DNA of 64,000 bases from an uncultured Candidatus Peribacteria bacterium. GTDB lineage: Bacteria; Patescibacteriota; Gracilibacteria; BD1-5; UBA6164. Positions 45,863 through 55,657 of the stretch are shown here, in pieces. The translations under genes and the position numbers were made by a program. Below the pieces are notes generated by a model. That model had not been told where the DNA came from and did no database searches. It saw nothing but the letters and a program-made list of their open reading frames with translations. Location of the stretch: positions 118,470 to 182,469 of the forward strand of contig CAZJHB010000001.1 of NCBI GenBank assembly GCA_964545685.1, read 5' to 3'. The stretch's first letter is position 1; each line of letters begins with the position of its first letter.

Positions 45863-46273
45863 ATGTCCTTTAAAACTGAAACGTTAAAACTATTTTCCGA
45901 TACAATATTTGAATATATATCAAAGGAAGTGTTATATGATCAAGAGCATTGTTTGCTTGATTTAATTAATTATTTGACAATTGTACAGTTTTCAAATTTT
46001 AGAAACTTTTTAACACAATCTAATATTATTTACAAATATATCATAGATGATGATGATTATATAATTGATATCGACAATATTGATTATACGCCTGTTGATT
46101 TTAAAAAAATAAATGAAATTATTGATGATGATAACGATTCGAAATTAATACATGCAATGTCATGTTTATATATATTATATTATATAAATCATGAAAAGTT
46201 AGATATAATAGATTTAAATGATTATTTTAAATTATTTAGTGAGTATATTATTAATAAAAATATATTTTTTTAA
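45863..46273 (+). CDS. hypothetical acidic protein (136 aa)
   Basis: Track ORF. AAAAATGAATATATAT lies upstream. Asp/Ile-rich. Confidence 0.5.
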   Translation: MSFKTETLKLFSDTIFEYISKEVLYDQEHCLLDLINYLTIVQFSNFRNFLTQSNIIYKYIIDDDDYIIDIDNIDYTPVDFKKINEIIDDDNDSKLIHAMSCLYILYYINHEKLDIIDLNDYFKLFSEYIINKNIFF

Positions 46274-46402
46274 ATAATAACATTTTTCAATAATATACTA
46301 TAATGACATGAATTAAATTGCTGTTGGAACCTCAATGTACCCCCCGTTCATTCCAAAATGACTTTTTTTAATCGAATAGTGTTTTTTTATCTATTATATG
46401 TT

Positions 46403-47467
46403 ATGAATGAAATTTTAGTATATAATTTATTACTGGAAGCATACAATTCTGATGATATTAATATAAAGAAGAACCTATATCAAGATATTTCGAAAAAATT
46501 ACCAAAACAAGGTACAAAGGAATGGTTTGAAACAAGAGAAGGTAGAACTTATGATAAAATTTTAAATTATTTATTAACGAACCCACAGTATCAAAATTTA
46601 ACTACTAAAATATTGGCATCAACTGTCATTAATAGTTCAGAATTAGGATTATTAATGAATGTTTCAAAATATCCAATGCCCGGAAAAACTGGTTATGAAA
46701 CATTGCTTTATAAAAAACGTAATCCAGAATATTTTAAAACATATGCAACAAGTTTTGGTAATAATTTTGAAGATGGTAGCGCCTTTATTCTTTCACAAAT
46801 GTTAAATATAGATATATGTGATATTGGTAGTATACAACATCCGGAATATCCATATGTACGTGGTTCGGTAGATGGTTTTTGTGAATATAATAATAAATTT
46901 ACTATTATAGAAATTAAAACACCACCGCGTAGATATCCGAATCCCAGTTATATAGTAGATGATTATTATCTACAAATGACACAAAATATGGAAATTATGA
47001 ATTGTAATCAAACAATATTTTGTGAAGTACACATGAAACCATGTTCTGTGGAACAATTAGATGATGAATTTGCATTTGTTCCAGAGCCAGGTTATTCGAG
47101 ATATTATACTCAATTTTCACGATATGGTCTTGCATCTAATGCTTCCAAATATAAAGTTTTATTAACGTTGATATATGATTACTCGAGTTCTTCTAATAAA
47201 ATTATTGATTTGGGAGCTTTAAATAATAAAAAAATATTCGAAGAATGGATGTTTGATGAAACTAAAATATTTAAACCATATAAAACTTTAGATACAAATA
47301 TCGACGAAGGTTATGAATTGATTGAAGAATTAGAAAACATGCCTAATGTAATTGGATATTGCTTTACTAAAATATTTTGTGTTAATATTCAAATAATGAA
47401 TCGTGATAAAAATAATTGGTATAATAATGTATTACCAACAATTAAAAAAATAATTGATGATGTTTAA
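46403..47467 (+). CDS. YqaJ/lambda-type (PD-(D/E)xK) exonuclease
   Basis: QGTKEWFETREGR resembles gs.eWl..R.g.iTaS. GSVDGFCEYNNKFTIIEIKTP resembles sPDGlv.....lvEiKcP. The track start at 46358 is the ATG of a promoter-like CAAAATGACTTTTTTT word followed by a hydrophobic stretch, so the ATG at 46403 (MNEILVYNLL) is preferred. The start is uncertain. Confidence 0.65.
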   Translation: MNEILVYNLLLEAYNSDDINIKKNLYQDISKKLPKQGTKEWFETREGRTYDKILNYLLTNPQYQNLTTKILASTVINSSELGLLMNVSKYPMPGKTGYETLLYKKRNPEYFKTYATSFGNNFEDGSAFILSQMLNIDICDIGSIQHPEYPYVRGSVDGFCEYNNKFTIIEIKTPPRRYPNPSYIVDDYYLQMTQNMEIMNCNQTIFCEVHMKPCSVEQLDDEFAFVPEPGYSRYYTQFSRYGLASNASKYKVLLTLIYDYSSSSNKIIDLGALNNKKIFEEWMFDETKIFKPYKTLDTNIDEGYELIEELENMPNVIGYCFTKIFCVNIQIMNRDKNNWYNNVLPTIKKIIDDV

Positions 47468-48456
47468 TTAAAAATCAATTCTAAACATGATTGGCGATTA
47501 CAGTTTTCAATATCGTCATAAATTAGTTCTAAACATTCTGTACGTTTTATATATAAAGGCGAGTATATTTTTTTTATATATGAAAACAATTCATATCTAT
47601 ATGTATATTCGTTTTTACCAGCAATGTATAATTCCCCGTTTAACGATATAAAATACGTAATTGTTGATAAATGTTTTCTTATGATTTGTGATATTGGTTC
47701 ATTGATATTAACTTTCGTTGGAATATTAATACATTTATCATATATATTAACACCAAGTTGACCGTAATGGTTAAACCCGGATGCATAACAATTATTTTCT
47801 GTTGTCATATAAAAATTTATATAATTCTGAAAATGCAATATTTTTCTAATAGGTTCATCTAATTGTATTTTCACAGGTGAAAGTATTTCGTTATCCGTAG
47901 AACCAACACCAAGACAACCTGCAACATTACAACCACACGCATAAATATCGTTATCTATTGTAGTAAAATATGTCGCTGTATATTCGTATTCTCTAATTTC
48001 TTTAATTTCTTTAATTTCTTTATCAATTACAACTTCTGTTGGTATAATTATTTTAAAAGTATTACTGTCAATACCAAGAGAGCCATGTAAGTTGCGCCCA
48101 CATGCATAATATCTATTATCTATTGTTTTAAAATATGTTGAATACTCAAAGCTAATAATATCTATAACTTGTTTATCAATATTAATTTTATATGGTTTGC
48201 GAATATAACCTTTATTTGGATCAATACCCATTTCACCATACTTATTATCACCGTATAAATATACTTCTCCATCGGTGGTTATACAAAATACTTTATTATT
48301 ATTTACAATAACTTTGTTAATCATTGAATCAATATATACATTTTCAATAAAATGTTTATGTCCATCTTCGTAATAAATATTTATTTCATTATTTTTGTTT
48401 ATTAATATTTTATTATCTTTATAATATAAAATTCTATCACCGGTTAAGCAATCCAT
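47464..48456 (-). CDS. RCC1-like repeat protein (divergent)
   Basis: YLYGDNKYGEMGID, YACGRNLHGSLGIDS, YACGCNVAGCLGVGS and YASGFNHYGQLGVN at ~50-aa spacing. Confidence 0.75.
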   Translation of the reverse strand: MDCLTGDRILYYKDNKILINKNNEINIYYEDGHKHFIENVYIDSMINKVIVNNNKVFCITTDGEVYLYGDNKYGEMGIDPNKGYIRKPYKINIDKQVIDIISFEYSTYFKTIDNRYYACGRNLHGSLGIDSNTFKIIIPTEVVIDKEIKEIKEIREYEYTATYFTTIDNDIYACGCNVAGCLGVGSTDNEILSPVKIQLDEPIRKILHFQNYINFYMTTENNCYASGFNHYGQLGVNIYDKCINIPTKVNINEPISQIIRKHLSTITYFISLNGELYIAGKNEYTYRYELFSYIKKIYSPLYIKRTECLELIYDDIENCNRQSCLELIFN

Positions 48457-48488
48457 ATACTGTTCTTAATAATAAAAATTTTCATTTA

Positions 48489-49070
48489 TTATATTATAAG
48501 TTTACCTGCATATTTTTCTATAACATTAGTATTTTCACTTATCCAACGAATTGATTTAACTTCGGTATTTTTTTGTATTAAAAATACTTTATTTATATTG
48601 TAATAATATTTATCCGGAATTTCTGCTTCATATAAATAATAATAATAATATTGATTGTTATCTTTAGCATGATATTTATAAACATTATAATAATTTGAAA
48701 AAGATAATTTATTTAAAATATTTCGTATTAACGGAACTTCTTCATATAATTCACGTTTAGCTGTTTCAATTTTTGTTTCATTTTTTTCTGCCTTTCCTTT
48801 TGGAAACGATAATATAATTTTATCTTCAATCCAATTACCTAAACTAATATCAATATTATATTCTGGATATAATTTAATAAATTTATAAAATTCTTCTTTA
48901 GTACAACTTAATAGATATTTTTTTAATTGATTTTTTGATATTCGTTTATTTCGTTTTATTCTATCAATCAATAATTGATATGCATAACTATCTTTGCGCT
49001 CTACCAAGCAATAGTATTTACTACCATTAATAACCTGGTATAATAGCACTCCTATACTCGTATTGGTCAT
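48489..49070 (-). CDS. Nudix hydrolase, Dcp2-like (possible mRNA decapping enzyme)
   Basis: FPKGKAEKNETKIETAKRELYEEVP is a Nudix box with the PKGK prefix typical of Dcp2-type enzymes. The function is an inference. Confidence 0.65.
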   Translation of the reverse strand: MTNTSIGVLLYQVINGSKYYCLVERKDSYAYQLLIDRIKRNKRISKNQLKKYLLSCTKEEFYKFIKLYPEYNIDISLGNWIEDKIILSFPKGKAEKNETKIETAKRELYEEVPLIRNILNKLSFSNYYNVYKYHAKDNNQYYYYYLYEAEIPDKYYYNINKVFLIQKNTEVKSIRWISENTNVIEKYAGKLII

Positions 49071-49095
49071 TACAATGATACAAAAAAATATTTAT

Positions 49096-49590
49096 TTAGA
49101 CAATTTTTTTATATTCAAAACATAATTTAGATATACTATTTTCATTTTTATAATATTCAATTCGAATAATTTCACCAACATCACCAAACATATGAACCGA
49201 TAATGGATCATTAATGTCTATTTCTTGAAGATACTCATATTTGTCTAATATTTCTTCGTGATCTTTATTAATTATGGTAATATTTTTAATATTATAAAAT
49301 AATACATTCTGAAAGAAAGGAATATACAATAAATTAATATCATTCATTACAACATTATTATAATATATTACGATATTTTTTTTCTTGTTATCAATATTTA
49401 ATCCATATATTACAATTTTATCATAACTATTTAATTTATTAATAAGTGTTATATATTCTTTGGCGGATTTACTTGTATTTACAACTACACATGCTACTTT
49501 TTTGTTCATAAACTCACCAAAATAATATATTATATTGGTATCTTTTTTGACAGTGTATTTAATATTGAGATATTCAAACCACTCTTCCAT
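49096..49590 (-). CDS. RNA polymerase subunit RPB5-like
   Basis: The C-terminal EIDINDPLSVHMFGDVGEIIRIEYYKNENSISKLCFEYKKIV resembles LPrI...DPvaryyG.krGqvvkIiR.SetaGryitYR.V. The track start at 49614 lies in a promoter-like AAAAATGCTTTTTT word, so the ATG at 49590 (MEEWFEYLN) is preferred. Confidence 0.55.
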   Translation of the reverse strand: MEEWFEYLNIKYTVKKDTNIIYYFGEFMNKKVACVVVNTSKSAKEYITLINKLNSYDKIVIYGLNIDNKKKNIVIYYNNVVMNDINLLYIPFFQNVLFYNIKNITIINKDHEEILDKYEYLQEIDINDPLSVHMFGDVGEIIRIEYYKNENSISKLCFEYKKIV

Positions 49591-49622
49591 TACATATAAT
49601 AAGTAAAAAAGCATTTTTAGTA

Positions 49623-49832
49623 TTATGTAGTATTAAATGGTATAAATCTTAAACGGTCTTTTAATATACGTATGACCGCTAAATCAGCAATGGTAAGTTT
49701 TTTTTTAAAGGTTGGTTTATGTTCAACTGGTAAAATCAATGGCATATTAGATGTAATTTCATAAGCTATATCGGTAACTTTATTGGAATCTCTCTCGTAC
49801 GATTCAGTATTTAAAATATTATCCAAATTCAT
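49623..49832 (-). CDS. possible RNA polymerase subunit RPB6/omega-like (tentative)
   Basis: TESYERDSNKVTDIAYEITSNMPLILPV...LTIADLAVIRIL loosely matches TkYERArvlG.RAlQIsmgAPvlV...plIAmkEL. It lies beside the RPB5-like and RPB1 genes. Confidence 0.35.
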   Translation of the reverse strand: MNLDNILNTESYERDSNKVTDIAYEITSNMPLILPVEHKPTFKKKLTIADLAVIRILKDRLRFIPFNTT

Positions 49833-49948
49833 TTATTCATTTAATTAGTAAATATTATATTTTTTATATATTTCATAATAATACTTTTTTCGAATTATAA
49901 AGATATTATCTGGTCCATTATTGTTATATTAAAAAAAAAAACAATTCT

Positions 49949-50104
49949 TTAATGTCGTAATTCAACATTAATCATGTTATAAAGTTCATCAGCCGATAAC
50001 ACATATGCGCCAATGTCATCTTCTGTCGGAGTTACTGGATCGCAATCAAAATTGATATGAATATTGTTCATATCACATTCAATGCTAAATAAATCGTCGT
50101 ACAT
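49949..50104 (-). CDS. hypothetical small acidic protein (51 aa)
   Basis: The track ORF start at 50137 is the TTG inside the AAAATTGA octamer. The first ATG is at 50104 (MYDDLFSIECD), ~30 nt downstream of the octamer. Confidence 0.4.
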   Translation of the reverse strand: MYDDLFSIECDMNNIHINFDCDPVTPTEDDIGAYVLSADELYNMINVELRH

Positions 50105-50133
50105 CAGATATACAGTATAATATGAAAAAAAAA

Positions 50134-50141
50134 TCAATTTT
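50134..50141 (-). promoter_or_regulatory. AAAATTGA octamer
   Basis: Plus-strand tcaatttt, upstream of the 50104 ATG on the minus strand. Confidence 0.45.
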
Positions 50142-50194
50142 CAAATCAACTTAACTGTGTTTAATAAATTACTTTTTTTATTATTATATGAAAC

Positions 50195-53100
50195 ATGGAC
50201 GATTTTATTCCGCATACATATAACATTAGACTTGCTAATGAAACAGAATTAAAAAATCGATCAGTTAAAATAATTACACTTAATAATAATATACAATCAA
50301 TATATAATGATACATATCTTGGTATAGCAGATGATCAAAAAATTTGTGAATTTTGTAATCAAAATAAAAATAAATGTCCCGGACATTTAGTATTATACGA
50401 ATTGCAAGATTATATTCCAAATCCTATTGTAGTTAATATGTTTAAAATTGTTTTGAAATCAGTATGTGCCAATTGTGGTGCTATACCTTTAAATAATGAA
50501 AAGTTAAATGCCTTATATATTAATAAAAATAAACTTATACATATTGCTGTAGCAGATGCTATAGAGAAAGAAGAAGTTTGTCCACACTGTGGTAAAAAAA
50601 TACAAATTTATAAAACTAAATCGGAATATTTATGGTCTAAATATATTTTAAATGATATAGTAATTGATAACAATATGGAAATTAAAAAATTATTGGATAA
50701 ATTTCCGGATGAACACTGTAAATATATTAATTTAGAAGCTGATCATTCTCATCCAAAATTATTCATGACAAAATATTTTACTATTCCTAATTATAATATT
50801 CGAACAGAAAAACGTGATATTAAAACAGGTAAAGTTAGTATTTTGGAAGATATATTAAAAAAATTACATATTTTTAATAAAGAATCATTTTATAGTAGTA
50901 AATCGAATGAAAAATTAAAAGATATTGACAAAATTACACGTCCAATGAAAGTATTTGCATGTGTATCACGAATGATAACACAATTGGGTGAAAAAGATGA
51001 AAATCTTATCAATAGAGTTATTTATGATCAAACTAAACAATTGAACCATATCCCTATGGGAATAGGTGATAAAGAAAAAGATGGTTTCTGGAGACAAGAA
51101 TTAACAGCTAAACGTATGAATAATACTGCTCGTTCTGTTATTGGTCCCGATCCTAACCTTAAACCATGGCAGATAGGTATACCGAAATATGCTGCAGAAA
51201 AACTATTTTATCCAGAAGTTATTAATCATTTAAATATTGATAAAATAAGATCATTGGTAAGCAATGATACATATCCCAAAGTACATAAAATTTTAAAAAA
51301 GAATGGTAAAAATTTATATGTTTCAAATAATAAACAATTTATAAACAACAGTTTAATGATCGGTGATATTGCGTATAGAACAGTTATGGATAATGATATT
51401 ATTGTAACTATGCGTAATCCAGCAAATCATAAAGGTTCATGGTCAGCATTGCATGCTGTGATTCATAACGAAACAAATATAAAATTACAACCATCACTGT
51501 GTCCTAAATTCAATGCAGACTTTGACGGTGATGAAATGAATATATACTGTCCAATTGATCCAAAGGTAATATATGATATATATTTACAATTATCTATTGA
51601 AACACAAGTTATGGATGAAAAATACATGCGTCCTACAATAACATTAACACAAGATCCTTTAATTGGTATTATTCATCTTTCGTATAATAATTATAAATTA
51701 AACAAAGATGAAATTAATTATTTAATTAAAGATTTGAATATTAATGATCTGAAAGATAATCCAACGGGTAATGATATTATCAGTAAGATTATCCCAAAAG
51801 GTATTTACATAACAAGTAATTCGAATGTTAAGGATTATTATAATAAATTCAATGTATCTTTCCCAAGTACTATTATTGAAGATGGTGAAATTAAACAAGG
51901 AATCATCGATAGTGTATTCGTAGGTAATAAAGGTGGTAAGCTTATTGTTGCTATTTTTAATAAATATGGAGCTAAACGTGCAACCGAATTTATTGCAGAT
52001 GCAATTACATTAGGTAATAGATCATGCCAAATTATCGGTAATACGTTACCAATGGCGTGGTTCTCAAAAAATAAAGATAAAATTACACGTAATATAGAAA
52101 AAAACAAACAAGAAATTATCGATCTTTCGATGAATTATACAATGAATAATATCAATATTCCAACAAGTATTGATCCTAAAAAATATATTGAAAATCTAAC
52201 AAGTATTTATTTGAATAAACATTCGTCTACTATTGAAAAATTATCAATTAATAATATGCTTAACAGTCCACTATTCTTTAATATGCTTATTAAAAATTTT
52301 GATACACAAATTAATCAAATTTATGGTGTTATTGGTCAAGTATCAATTAATTCAGAAAGACCAGAATTACAACCAAATTATACGAATAGAGCATTGCGGT
52401 CATTTGCTTTCAATAGTAATTTTGCTGAACACAGAGGTTACATATCTAATGGATATAACAGCGGAATGACTGAAGATGAATTATTCTTTGCAGCAATGGA
52501 AGGACGAAAAGATTTATATGCAAGTAAAGCAAGTGTATCCGAGGAAGGTGAGTTTGATAAAAAAATCAATCATAATCTTCTTAATATCCATTATTCAAGC
52601 AATAATTGGGTTGCTGGAGCAAATAATAAAATTATTTCTTTAGATTATGGGATGTATAATTGCTATACTATATATAAATCAAAAATTAAATATTACATTA
52701 CACAGATGAACAATGAAGAAATTAATGAATTAAGTAATATTAAAGAAGAAATTGAAGCACTATTCAACGATAGAGATGAAAACAGAAATGTTTTAGTAAA
52801 CAGTTATAGTGTATCGCAAAAGAAAGTATTCGATGAAAATGATGTAACAATTACAATCCCATTTCCATTAGAAACAATAATAAAGGAACTAAACACGGAT
52901 GTATTGAAAAAAGATAAAATTATTTCGAATACAGAATGTTATAATATAGTTAAAGAATTTAATAATAATTTGCCTTTACTGTTCGGTGATAAAATTAATA
53001 ATATCACCGAATCTCATACTCAAATTATTAAAAAAATTATTAGATTTTATTTTGCAAGCAATATAGTAATAAAAAAATACAAATGGGATAAAGAAACATT

Positions 53101-54271
53101 AATTCAATGTTTGGATATTATTAAAAATGCTTATAATAAGGCTATTCTTGGTTATTATGAACCAATAGGTCCGATAGCTGCACAATCCATTGTCGAACCA
53201 ACGAAGCAAGCAAAACTAAATGCCCTGCATACTAAAGTCATTTTGATTGGTGCTGTTTCTACTTTAAATCAAACAAGAGGTTTGAAACGCATTGATGAAT
53301 TAATTAATGGAAGTAGTGAAACCGAAAATATTATTAAAAATACAATTACATATTTATCTTTAAAACCTGGAGTCGATTCTAATATTGTATTATTGAAATT
53401 AAAAAATATATCACTAAATAATTTACTATATAATTTTCAAATTAGAATCGAAGATAAAATTTCATATATTGAGTTGACTATGGATACTGATGCAATGATC
53501 GAAAATGGTATGATATATCATATGATCGTTATTAAGGAAATTATTCGTAATAAATATCAAGATAAAATCAATGATATTAAAATTGATAAACCAAGTGTTA
53601 TTAATCCAAAAATAACTATTACAATTAAAAATATTAATGATAAACAATTAATTGAATTAGCACATGATATTAAAAACAATACCATTATAAATGGTTATGA
53701 TGGAATTAATAATGCTACTAAAGTAATAATTAAAAATAAACCATTATTTAAAGATGATGGTATTGTTTATTTAGATGAAGAAAGAATTTATGTAAATAGC
53801 ACATTTAGTAATATACTAAAATATGCCGATGTTTTAAATAATTATATTGATTTTAGTAAATCATATTCAAATAACATACATGATATGTATAATATATTTG
53901 GCATTGTTGGTGTTAAGAATTTAATTAAGCAAGAATTTATTTTGGAAGATATTGTTAAGATTAACGAAGAACATGTTGATCTTTTGATTAATTACATATG
54001 TTCGAAGAAAAAAATGACAGGTATTAAGTATTCTACAAATATTAGAGATTCAGAAGATTTGTTTAGTAAAATAACATTTGCAGAAGTTACTAATGGTTTA
54101 GAAAATATTATACGTCATAAAAATATATCATCTGCAAATAATACTATACCGAGTATTATTATGAAAAATAAAAATAGTATTGGTACAGCTGCGGTGGAAT
54201 GTGGAACTGATTTTAATGTATTATTTGATAATAAAACATATCAAGAACTGGCTGAAGAATTTGGATTATAA
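50195..54271 (+). CDS. rpb1: DNA-directed RNA polymerase largest subunit (RPB1 homolog)
   Basis: Catalytic NADFDGDEMN (~51512-51541). N-terminal zinc motif CEFCNQNKNKCPGH. RQELTAKRMNNTARSVIGPDPNL resembles R..l.GKRvdfsaRsVI.pDP.l. The ORF is continuous over 1358 aa. Confidence 0.97.
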   Translation: MDDFIPHTYNIRLANETELKNRSVKIITLNNNIQSIYNDTYLGIADDQKICEFCNQNKNKCPGHLVLYELQDYIPNPIVVNMFKIVLKSVCANCGAIPLNNEKLNALYINKNKLIHIAVADAIEKEEVCPHCGKKIQIYKTKSEYLWSKYILNDIVIDNNMEIKKLLDKFPDEHCKYINLEADHSHPKLFMTKYFTIPNYNIRTEKRDIKTGKVSILEDILKKLHIFNKESFYSSKSNEKLKDIDKITRPMKVFACVSRMITQLGEKDENLINRVIYDQTKQLNHIPMGIGDKEKDGFWRQELTAKRMNNTARSVIGPDPNLKPWQIGIPKYAAEKLFYPEVINHLNIDKIRSLVSNDTYPKVHKILKKNGKNLYVSNNKQFINNSLMIGDIAYRTVMDNDIIVTMRNPANHKGSWSALHAVIHNETNIKLQPSLCPKFNADFDGDEMNIYCPIDPKVIYDIYLQLSIETQVMDEKYMRPTITLTQDPLIGIIHLSYNNYKLNKDEINYLIKDLNINDLKDNPTGNDIISKIIPKGIYITSNSNVKDYYNKFNVSFPSTIIEDGEIKQGIIDSVFVGNKGGKLIVAIFNKYGAKRATEFIADAITLGNRSCQIIGNTLPMAWFSKNKDKITRNIEKNKQEIIDLSMNYTMNNINIPTSIDPKKYIENLTSIYLNKHSSTIEKLSINNMLNSPLFFNMLIKNFDTQINQIYGVIGQVSINSERPELQPNYTNRALRSFAFNSNFAEHRGYISNGYNSGMTEDELFFAAMEGRKDLYASKASVSEEGEFDKKINHNLLNIHYSSNNWVAGANNKIISLDYGMYNCYTIYKSKIKYYITQMNNEEINELSNIKEEIEALFNDRDENRNVLVNSYSVSQKKVFDENDVTITIPFPLETIIKELNTDVLKKDKIISNTECYNIVKEFNNNLPLLFGDKINNITESHTQIIKKIIRFYFASNIVIKKYKWDKETLIQCLDIIKNAYNKAILGYYEPIGPIAAQSIVEPTKQAKLNALHTKVILIGAVSTLNQTRGLKRIDELINGSSETENIIKNTITYLSLKPGVDSNIVLLKLKNISLNNLLYNFQIRIEDKISYIELTMDTDAMIENGMIYHMIVIKEIIRNKYQDKINDIKIDKPSVINPKITITIKNINDKQLIELAHDIKNNTIINGYDGINNATKVIIKNKPLFKDDGIVYLDEERIYVNSTFSNILKYADVLNNYIDFSKSYSNNIHDMYNIFGIVGVKNLIKQEFILEDIVKINEEHVDLLINYICSKKKMTGIKYSTNIRDSEDLFSKITFAEVTNGLENIIRHKNISSANNTIPSIIMKNKNSIGTAAVECGTDFNVLFDNKTYQELAEEFGL

Positions 54272-54304
54272 TAAAAAATGAATATTTTTTCATATTTTGC
54301 CAAA
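54271..54304 (+). promoter_or_regulatory. conserved ~35-nt upstream element, copy c
   Basis: ATAAAAAATGAATATTTTTTCATATTTTGCCAAA followed by ATG at 54305. It starts in the rpb1 stop codon and contains the ATGAA-tatttt-TTCAT hairpin. Confidence 0.55.
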
Positions 54305-54514
54305 ATGTACAGATTTGTTCCATTTGATACACCTCGTAGAGCTATGGTTATAAAACCAGAACCTAAACAAGTGTTGTTTCCTCCAATTGCCCCGAAATCT
54401 AAAAAAAAATTATATGTCAATGGGCGTTTGAGATTACCGTGTATTAAAAACACACGTATATGTGAAGAATCTGTCTTTAAGGAGAAATTTGTTTTGCCGC
54501 AAATTTCTCATTAA
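54305..54514 (+). CDS. hypothetical basic protein (69 aa), G+C-richer
   Basis: The track ORF at 54278 begins at the ATG inside the conserved element. In the two sister elements (26581, 38038) that ATG is closed by a stop, so the homologous start is 54305 (MYRFVPFDTPRR). Confidence 0.5.
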   Translation: MYRFVPFDTPRRAMVIKPEPKQVLFPPIAPKSKKKLYVNGRLRLPCIKNTRICEESVFKEKFVLPQISH

Positions 54515-54553
54515 TTTTTTTTATAAAAAAAATGATTAATTATATATTTTTTA

Positions 54554-55510
54554 ATGAAAGTAAAAATAGATATTGATACTTTTAACATTAAAGATTTAAA
54601 TGAAGATACTTATAAAAAATATAATTACACAAGTTTATATAGATATATTATATCTAAAAAATGTAATTATGATGAAATATTATATTTATCAAAATTTGAT
54701 TTAGGTAAAAAAATAAATAATTATATAACTAATAAATATTGTATAAAAAAATACACAGATAAAATATATTATATTAAAGCATTTAGTTTTCATTATCATA
54801 ATAAACATGAAAATATTATCGATTTATTGTCTTATAATCATCAAAATTTAGAAATGTTATATAAAAAATATGACACAACATCCGATATTACAAATTGTTG
54901 TGAACAAATTAAAAATGTATTAAACTATATTCATTCCAATGGTTGGTATCACGGAGACTTACATATGAATAATATAGTTTACGACAATAATAATAAATTA
55001 ATTAAATTAATTGATTTTGAATTATCAGATAATATCAATATAAATTACTTACCATTTGTATATAAAATAGAACCTAAATGTAATATCCATTCGTTATTAA
55101 ACATATTAACAAATGATATATTTAAAAAAGATATATACTATCTTAGTTATTTTAAATTTAAAAATGATATAGAATTATATAGAAATGATAATGTTATTAA
55201 AAAATATAGTACTGAATGCAGCATACAGAATTTACCAATAAATATATTAGATATAATTTATGATATTCAATATAAAAATGCATTTATTCATAGTGTAATA
55301 TTAAAACCTGATTTAAAAATTATTTTTATTTCATCTAAATACATTACATCGATGTGTCGATATCAAAATATTGATATAACAGATTTTTATTATTATGTAA
55401 ATAATAAAAAAAGAAAAGCCGAAATAGATAATTATAAACAATGTTTTTATAATGAATTATATACAAAAAATAATAATCAGCATATTACAAATGTTATTAA
55501 ATATATTTAA
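54554..55510 (+). CDS. protein-kinase-like fold protein
   Basis: NGWYHGDLHMNNIVYDNNNKLIKLIDFELS gives an HGDLHxxN catalytic loop plus DFE (DFG-like), as in RIO/Bud32/APH-type kinases. AAAAAAATGATTAATTATAT lies upstream. Confidence 0.6.
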   Translation: MKVKIDIDTFNIKDLNEDTYKKYNYTSLYRYIISKKCNYDEILYLSKFDLGKKINNYITNKYCIKKYTDKIYYIKAFSFHYHNKHENIIDLLSYNHQNLEMLYKKYDTTSDITNCCEQIKNVLNYIHSNGWYHGDLHMNNIVYDNNNKLIKLIDFELSDNININYLPFVYKIEPKCNIHSLLNILTNDIFKKDIYYLSYFKFKNDIELYRNDNVIKKYSTECSIQNLPINILDIIYDIQYKNAFIHSVILKPDLKIIFISSKYITSMCRYQNIDITDFYYYVNNKKRKAEIDNYKQCFYNELYTKNNNQHITNVIKYI

Positions 55511-55625
55511 TGTATTAAAATTATTTTGTATGATATTTACAATACAATCATATTTGGGTTTCGATAAATATTTTTTCAAATAGATAAGGTATTATGTATA
55601 TTTATAAATATATTATTAATTTTCA

Positions 55626-55633
55626 AAAATTGA
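55626..55633 (+). promoter_or_regulatory. AAAATTGA octamer
   Basis: ttcaAAAATTGAttattatt, ~25 nt upstream of the ATG at 55658. Confidence 0.5.
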
Positions 55634-55657
55634 TTATTATTATATTATTGTGAGGTA

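Noticed and set aside
46320-46355. Short G+C-rich patch gctgttggaacctcaatgtaccccccgttcattcc upstream of the exonuclease gene
   Set aside because: Only a weak ttggaa/ttccaa terminal pairing is present. There is no ORF and no repeat elsewhere in the window, so there is too little evidence to call anything.
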